DNA from: an uncultured delta proteobacterium
Lineage (GTDB): Bacteria > Desulfobacterota > Binatia > UBA9968
Reading direction: 5' to 3'
Assembly: GCA_963816145.1 (NCBI GenBank)
Contig: CAWFJP010000016.1
Span: forward strand, 32,001 to 96,000
DNA: 64,000 nt
In this document: one piece after another, positions 29,088 to 40,220 of the stretch
Position numbering within the stretch: the first letter of the stretch is position 1
How the letters are laid out: the number at the start of each line of letters is the position of its first letter
Position numbers and translations under genes: made by a program
The notes under the pieces: model-generated
Database searches by the model: none
What the model saw: only the letters and a program-made list of their open reading frames with translations
Told to the model about the DNA's origin: nothing

Positions 29088-29532
29088 CGTTGCCTCAACC
29101 CTTATTCTGAGAGGATTTCCCCGCGCGGCCATAATACCGAGACCGTAAAAGCTTTAAAAGCCGTTCTGGGTTGCTAGCGGAATCGCGCCTGGCGAATGCT
29201 CTCCCGGCTCCACAGCACGTGGGGGGGGGTAACCAGCAGCGAGTGTAGCGGCACGCGGCGAGAATCTTCGGTGTGCCAAGCCATCATTTGCTATAGCAGG
29301 GTTTGATTACTTGCGATCGATCTTTGTCCCGCGTTTGTTTCATTACCAGTGATGTAGCATACCGCCAAGTTCTTCCATGGACTGCCACGGTCTGCCTTAC
29401 CTCTATGGGGAGATTTCTGGCCCTTTTTGAGCCAAAGGCAGCGTTTGGAAGAATTCTACATTTTTGCTTGACAAGCTACGAGCCTTATACTAATTTGGCC
29501 AAAAATTTGTATTTTTCATATGGGAGGCAGAA

Positions 29533-30246
29533 ATGACGAATAGCAACAAGTATCTAGCGTTAACCGCGCTAGGATTCTTCATGACCGGATGTACCGGTAT
29601 GACGAAGACCCAAGCCGGGCTCGTGGGTGCTGCGGTCTGCGGTGCAGCTGGTGCCGGTGGCGGCGCGGCCGCTGCGCATAACGGCGTAAACGGCAAGCAT
29701 AGAAACGAAGCGCTCGGCGCCGCGGTTGTTGGAGTCAGCAGCGCGCTCATTTGCGGCGGTCTAGCCTATTTATTCACGGAGAATCCCAAGCCGCCGCCTC
29801 CACCGCCTCCACCGCCGCCTCCACCGCCGCCACCGCCGCCTCCGCCAAAACCAAAACCGGAAGCAAAACCGGAAGCGAAACCAGCGCCAAAACCGGCGCC
29901 CAAGGTTGAGCGGACGATCATCCTCGATGACGTGCTCTTCGACTTCGATAAGAGCAATGTCAAGCCGGAAGCTGCGGCGATCTTGGATCGTTTGGTTGCT
30001 TTCATGAAAGAGAACTCGGACAAGAAGGCTAACCTTTCCGGTCACACCGATAACGTCGGTACTGAGGCCTACAACCAGGCGCTTTCTGAACGGCGCGTAT
30101 CTTCGGTCAAGGACTACGTTGTCGGCAAAGGTGTTGACGGCGGTCGTATCTCAGGACAGGGCTTCGGCGAGAGCAAGCCAATCGCGGATAACAAAACCGC
30201 GGAAGGCCGGTCTAAGAACCGTCGCGTTGAGATCAAAGTCAACTAA
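29533..30246 (+). CDS. OmpA-family peptidoglycan-binding lipoprotein with polyproline linker
   Basis: Lipobox, Gly-zipper, poly-P, FDFDK, GHTD, LSERR, NRRV. Confidence 0.93.
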   Translation: MTNSNKYLALTALGFFMTGCTGMTKTQAGLVGAAVCGAAGAGGGAAAAHNGVNGKHRNEALGAAVVGVSSALICGGLAYLFTENPKPPPPPPPPPPPPPPPPPPPKPKPEAKPEAKPAPKPAPKVERTIILDDVLFDFDKSNVKPEAAAILDRLVAFMKENSDKKANLSGHTDNVGTEAYNQALSERRVSSVKDYVVGKGVDGGRISGQGFGESKPIADNKTAEGRSKNRRVEIKVN

Positions 30247-30262
30247 GCCTATCTAACGAGAC

Positions 30263-30652
30263 ATGACTATGCGGATGCCAGGAAAGATACTGACTGCTCT
30301 CTTCCTGGCATCCGCACTTTTGTTTCCTGCCTTCGCCGGCGCTCAGGTTGCCAACTTCAAAGAGATCGATGCCAAGGTCCGCGAGTTCCGTAGCGTGCTG
30401 GATCAAGCTGGGGTCAACGGTACTCGTTTCTGGACCAGACTCGATAGCAGCAAGCGGCCCCATCGGCTGTTTGTCGGCGAAGCGTTCATGAACGCCGGCG
30501 ACGACGCCAAGGAAAGCTTCATAGAAGTGTTTTCTCGCTTTCTCGCTGGTCATCCGGACAAAAACATGCTCATCGATATCTACGATGCGAACACGAGTAA
30601 GCTCATCGGCGAGTATGGTTTCGGCGGTTTTCGCCTCTTTCCACCAAAATAG
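30263..30652 (+). CDS. Hypothetical exported protein
   Basis: Signal peptide AGA-QV; follows ompA. Confidence 0.7.
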   Translation: MTMRMPGKILTALFLASALLFPAFAGAQVANFKEIDAKVREFRSVLDQAGVNGTRFWTRLDSSKRPHRLFVGEAFMNAGDDAKESFIEVFSRFLAGHPDKNMLIDIYDANTSKLIGEYGFGGFRLFPPK

Positions 30653-30774
30653 ATTTGTCGCCGGCGCTCTCGTGGCAACGGACGGTTCGAACTTTTCTCA
30701 CGACAAATTCTGGATCCTCCCTTAGCTTAGCGGCTTGAGTCGCCCGGTCTGTATCCATCGCCGGTTTGCAACCT

Positions 30775-32103
30775 ATGGAACGGTCTTTGGCACGACTTCG
30801 CACGGAGGCGGTGGCGATCTTTAACGCTGCGGTTAAAGCCGTTGACGCGGCCCATGCTGTCAGACGTTATGTGCGAGTGAATGGTACAGCCATCGAAGTT
30901 GCCGATAGAATTTATTCGCTCGCCGACTTCCGTAGAATTTTTATCATCGGTGCCGGCAAAGCTGCAGTGCCGATGGCGCAAGTGATGGAAACGCTGCTTG
31001 GCGAGCGCCTTAGCGGCGGAATCGTCGTAACCAAGTATGGCCAAGCTCTGCCGTTACGGAAAGTTCGTGTCATCGAAGCTGCCCACCCGATCCCCGATGA
31101 TGCCGGTGTGGAAGGCGCGCGCCAGATCGCGGCCATTGCCCAGCAAGCAACCTGGCATGATCTAATTTTTGTTCTGGTATCAGGCGGCGGTTCAGCTCTG
31201 TTGCCGTACCCGATCGACGGGCTGAAATTGGAGGATACGCAGACCGTTGCGCACTTGATGCTGCGGAGCGGCGCAACCATTCGGGAAACCAACACGCTGC
31301 GGCGCCATCTGTCGCAGATCAAAGGTGGAAAGCTCGCGCGGTTGGCCTATCCCGCACAGGTGGTCACTCTCATTGTCTCCGATGTCGTCGGCGACACTCT
31401 CGAAGATATCGCTTCGGGGCCAACTGCGCCGGACCCGAGTCGCTACACCGACTGTTGGGAGATCATTCGCAAGTATCGGCTCCAAGAGTCGATTCCCCCC
31501 GTTGTACGCGCGATCCTCGATCAGGGTATCAGAGGTGAGATCGCCGAGACCGTCAAGGCGGTCGATATCGCTTTCACTAAAGTTCAGAATGTCATTATCG
31601 CCAGCAACCGACTCGCGACCGAGGCTGCAGGATCATATGCAGAAAGTTTGGGGTATCGGGTCACGATTCTGTCTAACGCCATCGAAGGCGAAAGCCGCGA
31701 GGTCGCCAAACGACACGCGGCAAGGTTGAAAAATATTTTGACTGGTTCGAGGCCCGAATCGATTTGTTTTATTTCCGGCGGTGAAACCACAGTGACCGTC
31801 CGCGCTGACGGCATGGGCGGCCGCAACCAAGAGTTTGCACTTGCCGCGGCTGTCGAGCTTGCAGGTGCAACAGGGGTGGTCGTGCTCAGCGCCGGCACCG
31901 ACGGTATCGATGGTCCGACGGACGCCGCCGGTGCGATCGTCGACGGCGCTACTTTGTCGCGCGGACGTTTGCAAGGTCACGACGCGGCGGATTTTTTGGC
32001 GCGCAACGACGCCTATAACTTTCTTCTTGCCAGCGGTGATTTGCTCGTCACCGGGCCCACTCATACGAACGTCATGGACATTCAGGTGATGGTGGCGGGA
32101 TAG
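30775..32103 (+). CDS. Glycerate 2-kinase (DUF4147/MOFRL family)
   Basis: GAGKAA, SGGGSAL, SDVVGD, GGETTV, GGRNQE, GTDGIDG, TNVMD. Confidence 0.93.
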   Translation: MERSLARLRTEAVAIFNAAVKAVDAAHAVRRYVRVNGTAIEVADRIYSLADFRRIFIIGAGKAAVPMAQVMETLLGERLSGGIVVTKYGQALPLRKVRVIEAAHPIPDDAGVEGARQIAAIAQQATWHDLIFVLVSGGGSALLPYPIDGLKLEDTQTVAHLMLRSGATIRETNTLRRHLSQIKGGKLARLAYPAQVVTLIVSDVVGDTLEDIASGPTAPDPSRYTDCWEIIRKYRLQESIPPVVRAILDQGIRGEIAETVKAVDIAFTKVQNVIIASNRLATEAAGSYAESLGYRVTILSNAIEGESREVAKRHAARLKNILTGSRPESICFISGGETTVTVRADGMGGRNQEFALAAAVELAGATGVVVLSAGTDGIDGPTDAAGAIVDGATLSRGRLQGHDAADFLARNDAYNFLLASGDLLVTGPTHTNVMDIQVMVAG

Positions 32104-32316
32104 TCCCGGACCCCGCAGTTCTCTGATCTCTGCGTTTCAACACGCGGTCACCGACTGCACTCCTAGCGCCCAAAGTTTTGTTCCCGTTGCCGCTCGCTTA
32201 CATGACCCGCTTGCAGAATTTCTCCCGGACTGGGTATTGATTTAGAAATTTGTTCATGATTAGAGTGCCATTTTTCTAGTCCCTGGTCGTGGAAAAACAG
32301 GTTTGGGAGTAGGACG

Positions 32317-32529
32317 ATGATAGACGTGAGTCTGAAGGGAGTTCGTTGCCGCGCAGCGCAAGAGATCCTTGATATCGAAGGTACGGTCAGTGCCTCGACC
32401 GAGGGCACGATTATTTATGAGCTGGAAGGCGAAGGCGGGCAACTGGTAAACGTGCATTGGGATGACGGGAGTCGATCACTGGTGTCTTCCGAAGAAATTG
32501 TCATCACCGATCTTGTCACGTGGCAATAG
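32317..32529 (+). CDS. Small hypothetical protein
   Basis: 70 aa with RBS; beta-rich, VHWDDG. Confidence 0.6.
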   Translation: MIDVSLKGVRCRAAQEILDIEGTVSASTEGTIIYELEGEGGQLVNVHWDDGSRSLVSSEEIVITDLVTWQ

Positions 32530-32718
32530 AGCTGCGCATACTCACTGCGCAGCCGCATCGGGTCGTTCGGCAATTCGACACGTGTTTATTGCTCTCAGGC
32601 ATCGCCGCCGCAAACCTAATAGTCCAAGTCCAGCGAACCTAACTCGCCGCAAAATTTCGGGGCGCAATCCAAGCTCGGGTTTTAGTTCGACTAGACGGGA
32701 CTTCACATCTGCATTTTA

Positions 32719-33708
32719 TCAGTGAGGTTTGCCAGAAGTTTGCGCTAGGCCGAGATCGGCAAGATCCGATTTGGTAACGCGAACTTCGCAGCGGGGCAAG
32801 CGAGTCATATCGAACTGGGGCACCAATTCCTGTGCGCGAACACGCGTCGGCACGTCGATTCCTAAGCTGCGGGCGACCCACGCGACGATTCGCTGCGGAT
32901 CGGTACCGGCGGCACGGAGCCGAGCGAGCGACACGTCGTCACTACGCTTGGCAAGGCGTCGTCCCGCAGCGTCGGTGACGAGCGGCACATGCCACCAATG
33001 GGGATGCGCGAACCCGAGTGCTTCCTGCAAAAGCCACTGGCGCGCGCAGCTTTCGAGCAGATCGGAGCCGCGAACAATTTCAGTAACGCCTTGGCGCGTG
33101 TCGTCGACAACAACCGCGAGTTGATAGGCCGGCATGCCGAAACGACGGAGGATAGGAAAGTCACCGATCGATGTTGCCACATCGAACTCACGAACCCCCT
33201 GAATGCCATCTTCGATGCGCACCAGCTGGTTAGGCACGGCAAAACGCAAGGCCGCCGGCCGGCCGGAAGCCCGCTCGGCCGCCGCCAATGTTTTAAACTT
33301 GCCGCGACAGGTGCCGGGATAAATCGTCTCGGTCGACTCGCCATGCGGTGCGGACATTGCAGCTTGAATCTCTTTGCGCGTACAGATGCAAGGGTAGGCC
33401 AGGCCACGATCGACAAGCGCTGTGGCTGCGGCATTGATTTCGCCGAAGCCGCTAGACTGCACGTAAGGCTCGCCGTCCCAGTCAAGCCCAAGCCAGCGTA
33501 GGTCCTCGATGGCGGCTTCGATCATGCCCGGTTTGACTCTCTCGATGTCAAGATCCTCCAGCCGTAGAAAAATACGACCGCCGCGCGAACGTGCGTGCCA
33601 CCAAGCAATCAGGAAGGATCGCGCGTGACCAAGGTGCAGACGCCCAGTCGGGCTCGGCGCTAGCCGGCCGACGCTAACCGAAGGCTTGGCATCATGGGCG
33701 ATATCCAT
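32719..33708 (-). CDS. gluQ: Glutamyl-Q tRNA(Asp) synthetase
   Basis: APSPTGRLHLGH, CICTR, YPGTCR, YQLAVVVDD, RLAKR; no anticodon-binding domain. Confidence 0.92.
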   Translation of the reverse strand: MDIAHDAKPSVSVGRLAPSPTGRLHLGHARSFLIAWWHARSRGGRIFLRLEDLDIERVKPGMIEAAIEDLRWLGLDWDGEPYVQSSGFGEINAAATALVDRGLAYPCICTRKEIQAAMSAPHGESTETIYPGTCRGKFKTLAAAERASGRPAALRFAVPNQLVRIEDGIQGVREFDVATSIGDFPILRRFGMPAYQLAVVVDDTRQGVTEIVRGSDLLESCARQWLLQEALGFAHPHWWHVPLVTDAAGRRLAKRSDDVSLARLRAAGTDPQRIVAWVARSLGIDVPTRVRAQELVPQFDMTRLPRCEVRVTKSDLADLGLAQTSGKPH

Positions 33709-34012
33709 CAGATGGTCGAATGATTGTTATGCAAAAATATTTTCTAACCCCGCAAGTTTCAAGTCGATGATCGTTACCGCCAGTCGTTCCGAACCGAATT
33801 CTCCCAATCATGCAGAATTCGGGGAGATTATCCACCGTTGGTGATTCGATCGTTTATGAGATCTGGTCGTTTTGTGTGAAACCGGTGCCAGCGAGTCCGA
33901 CATTGAAAACGAGATTCCTCCCCGGCAAAGCCGAAATCCTGAGCGCAGTTCGCCAAACGATCAACTCACGTGCTTAAATACCAATCCTGAATTTACAGAA
34001 CCGGTTTCAAGA

Positions 34013-34644
34013 CTATTTGCCTGCGTCGAAATCGACAAGTGTCGAGACCACATTGGTCTCGCTCCCCTCTTCCTGAAACGAGACGATCGCCGTCACCTCA
34101 GGAGCGTAATAGTACGTGGTAATTCGACTTGAAGTCCCCCCTTACTCTTCGGACCAGTCGGTGCCGTCGTGGTCATGGTTATTTTGAAAGCGTCGAACTC
34201 TCCTTGGGGCGTTTTGATTTTCTCCCAGGCTTGCAGTTCGTATCGACCTTGTTCCTATCGCATCGGCAGCCTATGCGGTTGGAATTGATATTGGTCGGAC
34301 CAAGTGAGACCGACACGTACAGGAAATTTTACAAGTTCGCCGCGCCATCCAGTCCTGCCTAGGACCACCGACACAATCGGTGGCGCATCCAGTTTCTTGG
34401 AAAGCTCACCTCGAATACCGAAGACTTTGGGATTGGCTGACTCAAACCTGACGATATATTCGGAGAAACCGCCGAACTGCGGTCCACTGATTGAAGTTCC
34501 TGTGGGACGAACGGTGTCGATTTTGATTCGCCACCAGTCACAATCGCGATAAACCGGAGCGTCGGCCTGCTGCGCTTGAGCGATCACTCCAACAGCAAGC
34601 AGCACCGCGACGACCAGGATTGATAGGACAACAGCCTTCTTCAT
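34013..34644 (-). pseudogene. Frameshifted exported hypothetical protein
   Basis: Signal peptide; coding sense continues in other frames after 34255 (AWEKIKTPQGEFDAFKI, YAPEV...LVDFD). Confidence 0.55.
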
Positions 34645-35016
34645 GCCCACCTCGTTCGTGAACAGACTTGTCATGGACACGGAAACTGTGAAAAGTGCTA
34701 TTTACGGCAGAAGGAGAAACAGATTCATCGAGAGGGAAAAGGCTAAATTCGACGTAGGATTGAACTGAGGCGCTTCGATATGATCTCGGGCCAGATTGCG
34801 TTGTTGGAGAATGCAATTCAATCCTACGGTTGAGAACTGAAAAGAAGGGCGCTCTTGAAACCAAAACGCGGCTCGCTGGTACTTGTGTTTACGAACTTGG
34901 ATGGTGTTGGTGTGGTTTATTTACCAAGCTCTTTTGCGACTCTCCACACTGCTGACAGAGTCTGCAACCACCAGACCATGGAGGCCATAGGGTCGTTGAA
35001 AAAATAGGCAAAATCA

Positions 35017-36301
35017 CACCCGTCCCAATTAGGTTTTGGCAGTTGAGCCTCCCGTGAGTTACAGTTTGGGAAACTCTCGCGAAGTCGTCCCAACGAACCC
35101 AAGAAACAGGAGGCCCAACATGAATCGATTCTGTAGCATGTTCAGTCAGATTCTCCAACTTTTCCCGCGCAGCGACTTTCAGTTGCTGGTCAAAGAAACC
35201 AAGGCCGAGCGCCATGCCCGCGGCTTTAATTGTTGGAATCAGTTTATCGCGATGATGTTCTGCCAGTTGGGGCGCGCCCACTCGCTGCGGGAGATTTGCC
35301 ACGGACTATCGAGCTGCGAAGGGAAACTCTCTCATTTGGGAATCCAAGCGGCTCCCCATCGTTCTTCGTTGGCCTACGCCAATCAACATCGGCCCTGGGA
35401 GCTGTACCAGAAACTATTCTTTCAACTGCTGGAACGCTGCCACCGCGATGCTCCGTTCAACAAGAAGTTCCGCTTCAACAACACGCTGGTGAGCTTGGAC
35501 TCCACGGTGATCGACCTGTGCGTGAAGGTTTTCGACTGGGCCAAGTTTCGCCGCACCAAAGGAGCCATTAAGCTGCATCTGCTGCTCGACCATGACGGTT
35601 ATCTGCCCTGCTTTGGGGTTATCACCGAGGGGAAAGTCCATGACGTGAAAGTTGCCTGGAGCCTTGCGTTCGAGCCGGGCACCGTGGTGGTCGATGACCG
35701 GGGCTACAATGACTACCGGCTGTTTGCCAAGTGGACCGAAGAGCAAGTCTATTTTGTCACGCGCATGAAGGACAATGCCCTTTACACGGTTCTCGAAGAA
35801 CGTCCTGTGCCGCAGCATCGCTCAGTTGTCAAAGACCAGATAATTGTTTTTCCTGGCAGCGTGGCCTGGGGGAAATGCCCCTATCCACTGCGTCGGGTAG
35901 AGATATGGAACGAAGAAAAACAACGAACCCTGGTCTTTCTCACCAATCAGTTCGACTTTGGCGCCAGCACCATTGCCGCGATCTACAAAGAGCGCTGGCA
36001 AATCGAGTTGTTCTTCAAAGCGCTCAAGCAGAATCTTAAGATCAAGACCTTCGTGGGCACCTCAGCCAATGCGGTGAAGATTCAAGTATGGACGGCGCTG
36101 ATTGCGATTTTGATTCTGCGCTACTTGCAGCTCAAGTCCAAATTCGCCTGGTCGTTGTCGAACTTGGTGGCGCTACTGCGCATGAACCTATTCACCTACC
36201 GAGACCTGTGGAGTTGGCTGGATCATCCCTTTGAGACACCGATCCACAGTCCGCCATCACAGCAACAGGAGGTTTTGACGTTTCAGTAATTCGGACAGCA
36301 G
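35017..36301 (+). mobile_element. IS4-family insertion sequence (ends approximate; may extend to ~36380)
   Basis: Imperfect IRs cacccgtcccaatta / taattcggacagcag flank the transposase; no clear TSD. Confidence 0.75.
35120..36289 (+). CDS. IS4-family DDE transposase (DUF4372 + DDE_Tnp_1)
   Basis: LDST, DRGY, YKERWQIELFFK.LKQ; AGGAGG RBS. Confidence 0.96.
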   Translation: MNRFCSMFSQILQLFPRSDFQLLVKETKAERHARGFNCWNQFIAMMFCQLGRAHSLREICHGLSSCEGKLSHLGIQAAPHRSSLAYANQHRPWELYQKLFFQLLERCHRDAPFNKKFRFNNTLVSLDSTVIDLCVKVFDWAKFRRTKGAIKLHLLLDHDGYLPCFGVITEGKVHDVKVAWSLAFEPGTVVVDDRGYNDYRLFAKWTEEQVYFVTRMKDNALYTVLEERPVPQHRSVVKDQIIVFPGSVAWGKCPYPLRRVEIWNEEKQRTLVFLTNQFDFGASTIAAIYKERWQIELFFKALKQNLKIKTFVGTSANAVKIQVWTALIAILILRYLQLKSKFAWSLSNLVALLRMNLFTYRDLWSWLDHPFETPIHSPPSQQQEVLTFQ

Positions 36302-36380
36302 GATCGGGGTCTGGTTTCCAAAGAACTCCAAATCCGTCCAATTACGCCGGGAAATCAATGCCGGTAGGTTACAAACTTGG

Positions 36381-37049
36381 CGTGACGTCGATGTTCGAGT
36401 TATTCCTAATGGAGTCGACATCGGGGTATTTCGTCCTCTCGAACAAAGTCTTGCGCGCGATCTACTGCGTCTGCCACAGACACCGAAATACGTAATGATG
36501 GCCGCAATCAAGGGACTAGATGATCCGCGGAAAGGGGGGCCGTTCCTGTTGGAGGCGCTGCGACGTATACGACAGAGGTATCCGGCACAAGACGTTCGAC
36601 TGCTTGTTATTGGCTCCAAGTTTTCCCACCAAGCCGGTGACGCCGGGATCGATATTCATTTTGCGGGCCACGTGCATGATGATGAAACGATTGCACTCTA
36701 CTATAGTGCGGCCGACGTGGTTGCCATTCCGTCGACCAACGAGGTGCTTCCCAACGTTGCCATAGAGAGTATGGCATGCGGCAGACCCTGCGTGACCTTC
36801 GCGATTAATGGACTGACTGAGGTCATCAGCAACGGGGAGACAGGCGTCTTGGCGCCGGCGTTCTCAATCGATGCGCTTGCCTCAGGCTTAACCGAGTGCA
36901 TCATGAACCGCTCAACTTGGCATGAGATGGGCAAGAACGCGCGGGCAAAGGCTCTGCGCGACTATGATATCTGCCGGGCGGCACAGCAGTATTTGGACGT
37001 GTATGATTCGGCCATGAAAAAATTCGGAAAAACGGCGCGGAGCACATAG
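36381..37049 (+). pseudogene. 5'-truncated GT4 glycosyltransferase
   Basis: VIPNGVD...YSAADV...E.LPN...ESMACG; N-terminal half replaced by the IS. Confidence 0.8.
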
Positions 37050-37051
37050 GC

Positions 37052-38599
37052 ATGACAGCCAAACTTCTTGTGATCGGAATTGATGCGGCTGAGGCATGTC
37101 TTTTGGAACAATGGGCGGCTGACGGGAGCTTACCCAATTTCGCAAGGATTGAGTCGGTAAGCCGTAAGTACCGGCTGCGAAACCCGTTGCGTACGCTTCC
37201 AGGGACGATCTGGCCCGAGATTACCAGCGGCATGAGCGCCGGCAAACTTCCTTTGTATTTTCACCCACGGCAATTGCATACGGGAGAGGCGCGTCGCCGC
37301 CCGGTTGCGCCGGACGAGTTGAACACTGAGCATTTCTATTGGACGGTAGTCGGCCGGTCGGGGCGTAGGGTTGCCGTTATCGACCAAGTACAGACTGTGC
37401 TCGCGCCAAGTTTCAACGGGATCCAGGTAGTCGAATGGGGACTTCACGATCCGACTTACGGTTTTGCAACGGATCCGCCGAGTTTGGCAGATGAGATTCG
37501 CAACCGATACGGGATGCACCCCGGTCATCCGACACGTTCATGCGATGCGCATAGTGGGACCAGAGATGGTTACGAGCAGCTGTTGCAGCGCCTATTGAAA
37601 GGCATCGCGAGAAAATCAGAGTTGTTGGTTGATTTGTTTGCGCGAGAATCGTGGGATCTGTTTACATGCACCTTTGGTGAGGCACACTGCGCGGGACATC
37701 AGCTGTGGCATTTTCACGACCCGGCCTCGCCGTCGCACGATCCAGATGCACCACCGCATCTGAAGACCGGGCTCAGGTCGGTCTATCAGCAAATCGATAA
37801 TGGCGTGGGGGTTCTCCTCGGCGCTACCTCCACTGACACCACCATTTTAGTTTTCACGAGTCACGGCATGGGTCCATATATCGGGGGTCCACAGATGTTG
37901 CCGGAGGTATTGGCGCGCCTGGGACTGACGTCAGGTGGAGATTCGGCATTTGCACGTTGTATGCGCCGGGCTAAGGCGAAAGCGTTGCACATGCCGAAAC
38001 AGTTGCACTCGTTACTGAGGCCGGTGCTCGAGGTATGGCCCTTGAAGCGGATTCAAGAGGCGACCGGCAGTTTACTTGACCCTCTGGAGTCGCCATGCAC
38101 CCGAGCTACATCGTTGATTAACAACCGCTGCGGCGCAATCCGCTTGAATCTGAAAGGACGAGAACCGTTCGGAGGCGTTGAACCAGGCTTGGAAGCTGAG
38201 CGGTTGGTCGACCTGATAAGGCAGGAGTTGCGAGCTCTCAAAGAACCACGGACGTATCAGCCGATCGTTGATGAGGTCGTGACAGCCACTGAAGTGTTTG
38301 GCAGCGACCACCATGAAGATGTTCCCGATATCATGGTGGCGTTTCGTACTGACCTCGGGGCGCTCGACCACTGGGCTTCTGAGTCTGTCGGCTTGGTTCG
38401 AGTTGCCATCAATTATACCGGATATCCGAGGACCGGTGATCATACGACCGAGTCGCGGCTTTGGATTTTGGGGCCGCGAGTTCGGCCCGGCGTATCGAGC
38501 AGCCAAGGTGACGTATTGGATATCGCCCCAACGGTCCTGTCACTGCTAGACGTACCGCTGCCGGAGTGGTTCGAGGGGCGACCGTTATCACTCAGTTAG
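37052..38599 (+). CDS. Alkaline phosphatase superfamily / nucleotide pyrophosphatase-phosphodiesterase
   Basis: VIGIDAA, WPEITSG, H.AGH.LWH, TSHG, GDH, DIAPT. Confidence 0.85.
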   Translation: MTAKLLVIGIDAAEACLLEQWAADGSLPNFARIESVSRKYRLRNPLRTLPGTIWPEITSGMSAGKLPLYFHPRQLHTGEARRRPVAPDELNTEHFYWTVVGRSGRRVAVIDQVQTVLAPSFNGIQVVEWGLHDPTYGFATDPPSLADEIRNRYGMHPGHPTRSCDAHSGTRDGYEQLLQRLLKGIARKSELLVDLFARESWDLFTCTFGEAHCAGHQLWHFHDPASPSHDPDAPPHLKTGLRSVYQQIDNGVGVLLGATSTDTTILVFTSHGMGPYIGGPQMLPEVLARLGLTSGGDSAFARCMRRAKAKALHMPKQLHSLLRPVLEVWPLKRIQEATGSLLDPLESPCTRATSLINNRCGAIRLNLKGREPFGGVEPGLEAERLVDLIRQELRALKEPRTYQPIVDEVVTATEVFGSDHHEDVPDIMVAFRTDLGALDHWASESVGLVRVAINYTGYPRTGDHTTESRLWILGPRVRPGVSSSQGDVLDIAPTVLSLLDVPLPEWFEGRPLSLS

Positions 38600-38831
38600 A
38601 TGCCCTACGGATCTCCGTCCGACCGACCGCGAAACCGTTAGGATTGAACTGTAACTATGGAGGTGTTTCTCTGACCACAGAATGTTCATCAACTCAATCC
38701 CGCACCAAATAGCAACCCGGCGCGATTGCGATTGACAGCTTTCGGCGACGGTACGAGCGTCGCACAGGCAATTCCACGGGTGGATTCCGTCTGACGCTGC
38801 TCAGGCTGGCAACTCTAGATTGACACTATTC

Positions 38832-38871
38832 AAGCCCGATCGGTTTCAAACCGGTTGGGCTTTTGTGTTTC
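38832..38871 (+). terminator. Probable intrinsic terminator
   Basis: aagcccgatcggttt-c-aaaccggttgggcttttgtgttt. Confidence 0.6.
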
Positions 38872-39429
38872 TACGGGCTGGTTTCACAGTAAGGCGCGAC
38901 ATACATAAGGGAGGTTGGCTGCCCGATTTCAAAAAAAGTGTTTCATCGATCCTTGCGTGGTTCCTGCTACGATAATGTGATGGATAAACAGCGCATGATT
39001 TCTTTCCGTTCCTGATTTGTTACCTCCGGCAAAGCTCCACCAGTTCCTCTTCTGACTCATGGCTTTTCGGGACCAGTGGGTCGAGGATATTTTCTGTTCG
39101 AATTGCTCCTTTTCTTGCAGAACTTTTCAAGTTTCCCCAGCGCATCGAGATGAACCCGCGGCGGGCTACTACGAGTAAGGTCTCCACGCTTCTAGGCCAC
39201 GCGTTCTTCGTGCGCAGGCCGCTCGCACTCGGCTTCGAGCGAGTTTCGTCGTGTCCGTTTCTCGCTTCGCGATGCAACGCCGACTTCAACACATCGAAGG
39301 GGGATTTATTCCAGACGACTCCTAGTGGACCAGTGTGGCCATGGGGTAGCTCGCATTTCATCAGCTTCGTAACACGGGATAAGTGAGAGTAAAATGGACG
39401 TGGACAGGTGGCGGAACCTGCCGGCAGGA

Positions 39430-39600
39430 AGAAATGGCCAACCCGAGTCGGTGGAACCGGGATATGCGCACCTAGATGGCGAAAGAAGCGTTGAGACAGA
39501 TGGGCCAAATTGCCAGACGGCAGCAATTTTCCGCGGAGTTGATTTATCGGTGGCGAGACAAATTCTTTGGACTACCGAGTCCGCGGGCGACAAGCCGCCT
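39430..39600 (+). pseudogene. Possible degraded transposase HTH remnant (IS3 OrfA-like)
   Basis: EALR...IARRQQFSAELIYRWRDKF resembles HTH_Tnp_1. Confidence 0.3.
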
Positions 39601-40162
39601 CGGCCAAGCACAAAGAGGTTTTGCGCGACGTAGCGTTAACGCGAGTGGAAGCGGGACATATTCGAGAGCGAGCCTAAGCTAGGGCGTGAGGAGACATATT
39701 GGCCGCGGCAGCGGGAGCTAGTCGGATGAGCTGCTATCGGGTGCTCAAGAGCGAATGATTGAACCAGTCCCAAGCACCTTGGCCATGATCTACGCCACGT
39801 CGCCGAACAATGCCGCCAGCAGGTCAAGGCGCCTGACAAGCTCAGCGCAGTCTTAGAAGGCGGTTTTTCGACCACACAACCCAAGACAGTGAGATGTACC
39901 GTCGGTTTGAAACTTTTTGAATTACGACCAATATCTCAAAAGATAAATAATAAATCGCCTAACCACGACTGAAAGGTCTTGCCGATCGGACAGTACTGTC
40001 AATGAGATCCGTCCAGTGAATTTGCACAAGCTAATCAAACATTTCCATATCGTTGTGCATTTCAAGCTGACAGCTGTGTCCGATTGGCTCTTGCCGCACT
40101 GCTGATTAACCAGCGCAAGGCATTTTTTTCACTGAGTTTTCAATCATATGCAATTGCCGGTC

Positions 40163-40178
40163 TGGCATCATCGTTGCT
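40163..40178 (+). promoter_or_regulatory. Sigma54 (-24/-12) promoter
   Basis: TGGCATCATCGTTGCT; GG 40164-65 and GC 40176-77 at canonical spacing, ~43 nt before ATG. Confidence 0.7.
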
Positions 40179-40220
40179 CTAGTTGCTCTAGTAGAAAGCG
40201 CGTCTCGAGTCCCCATCACG

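Noticed and set aside
29221-29229. Poly-G tract as phase-variation switch
   Set aside because: Intergenic, not within an identifiable promoter; homopolymer length unreliable
38690-38710. tRNA 3'-end / att-like sequence (tcaatcccgcacca)
   Set aside because: No T-arm or cloverleaf and no partner repeat
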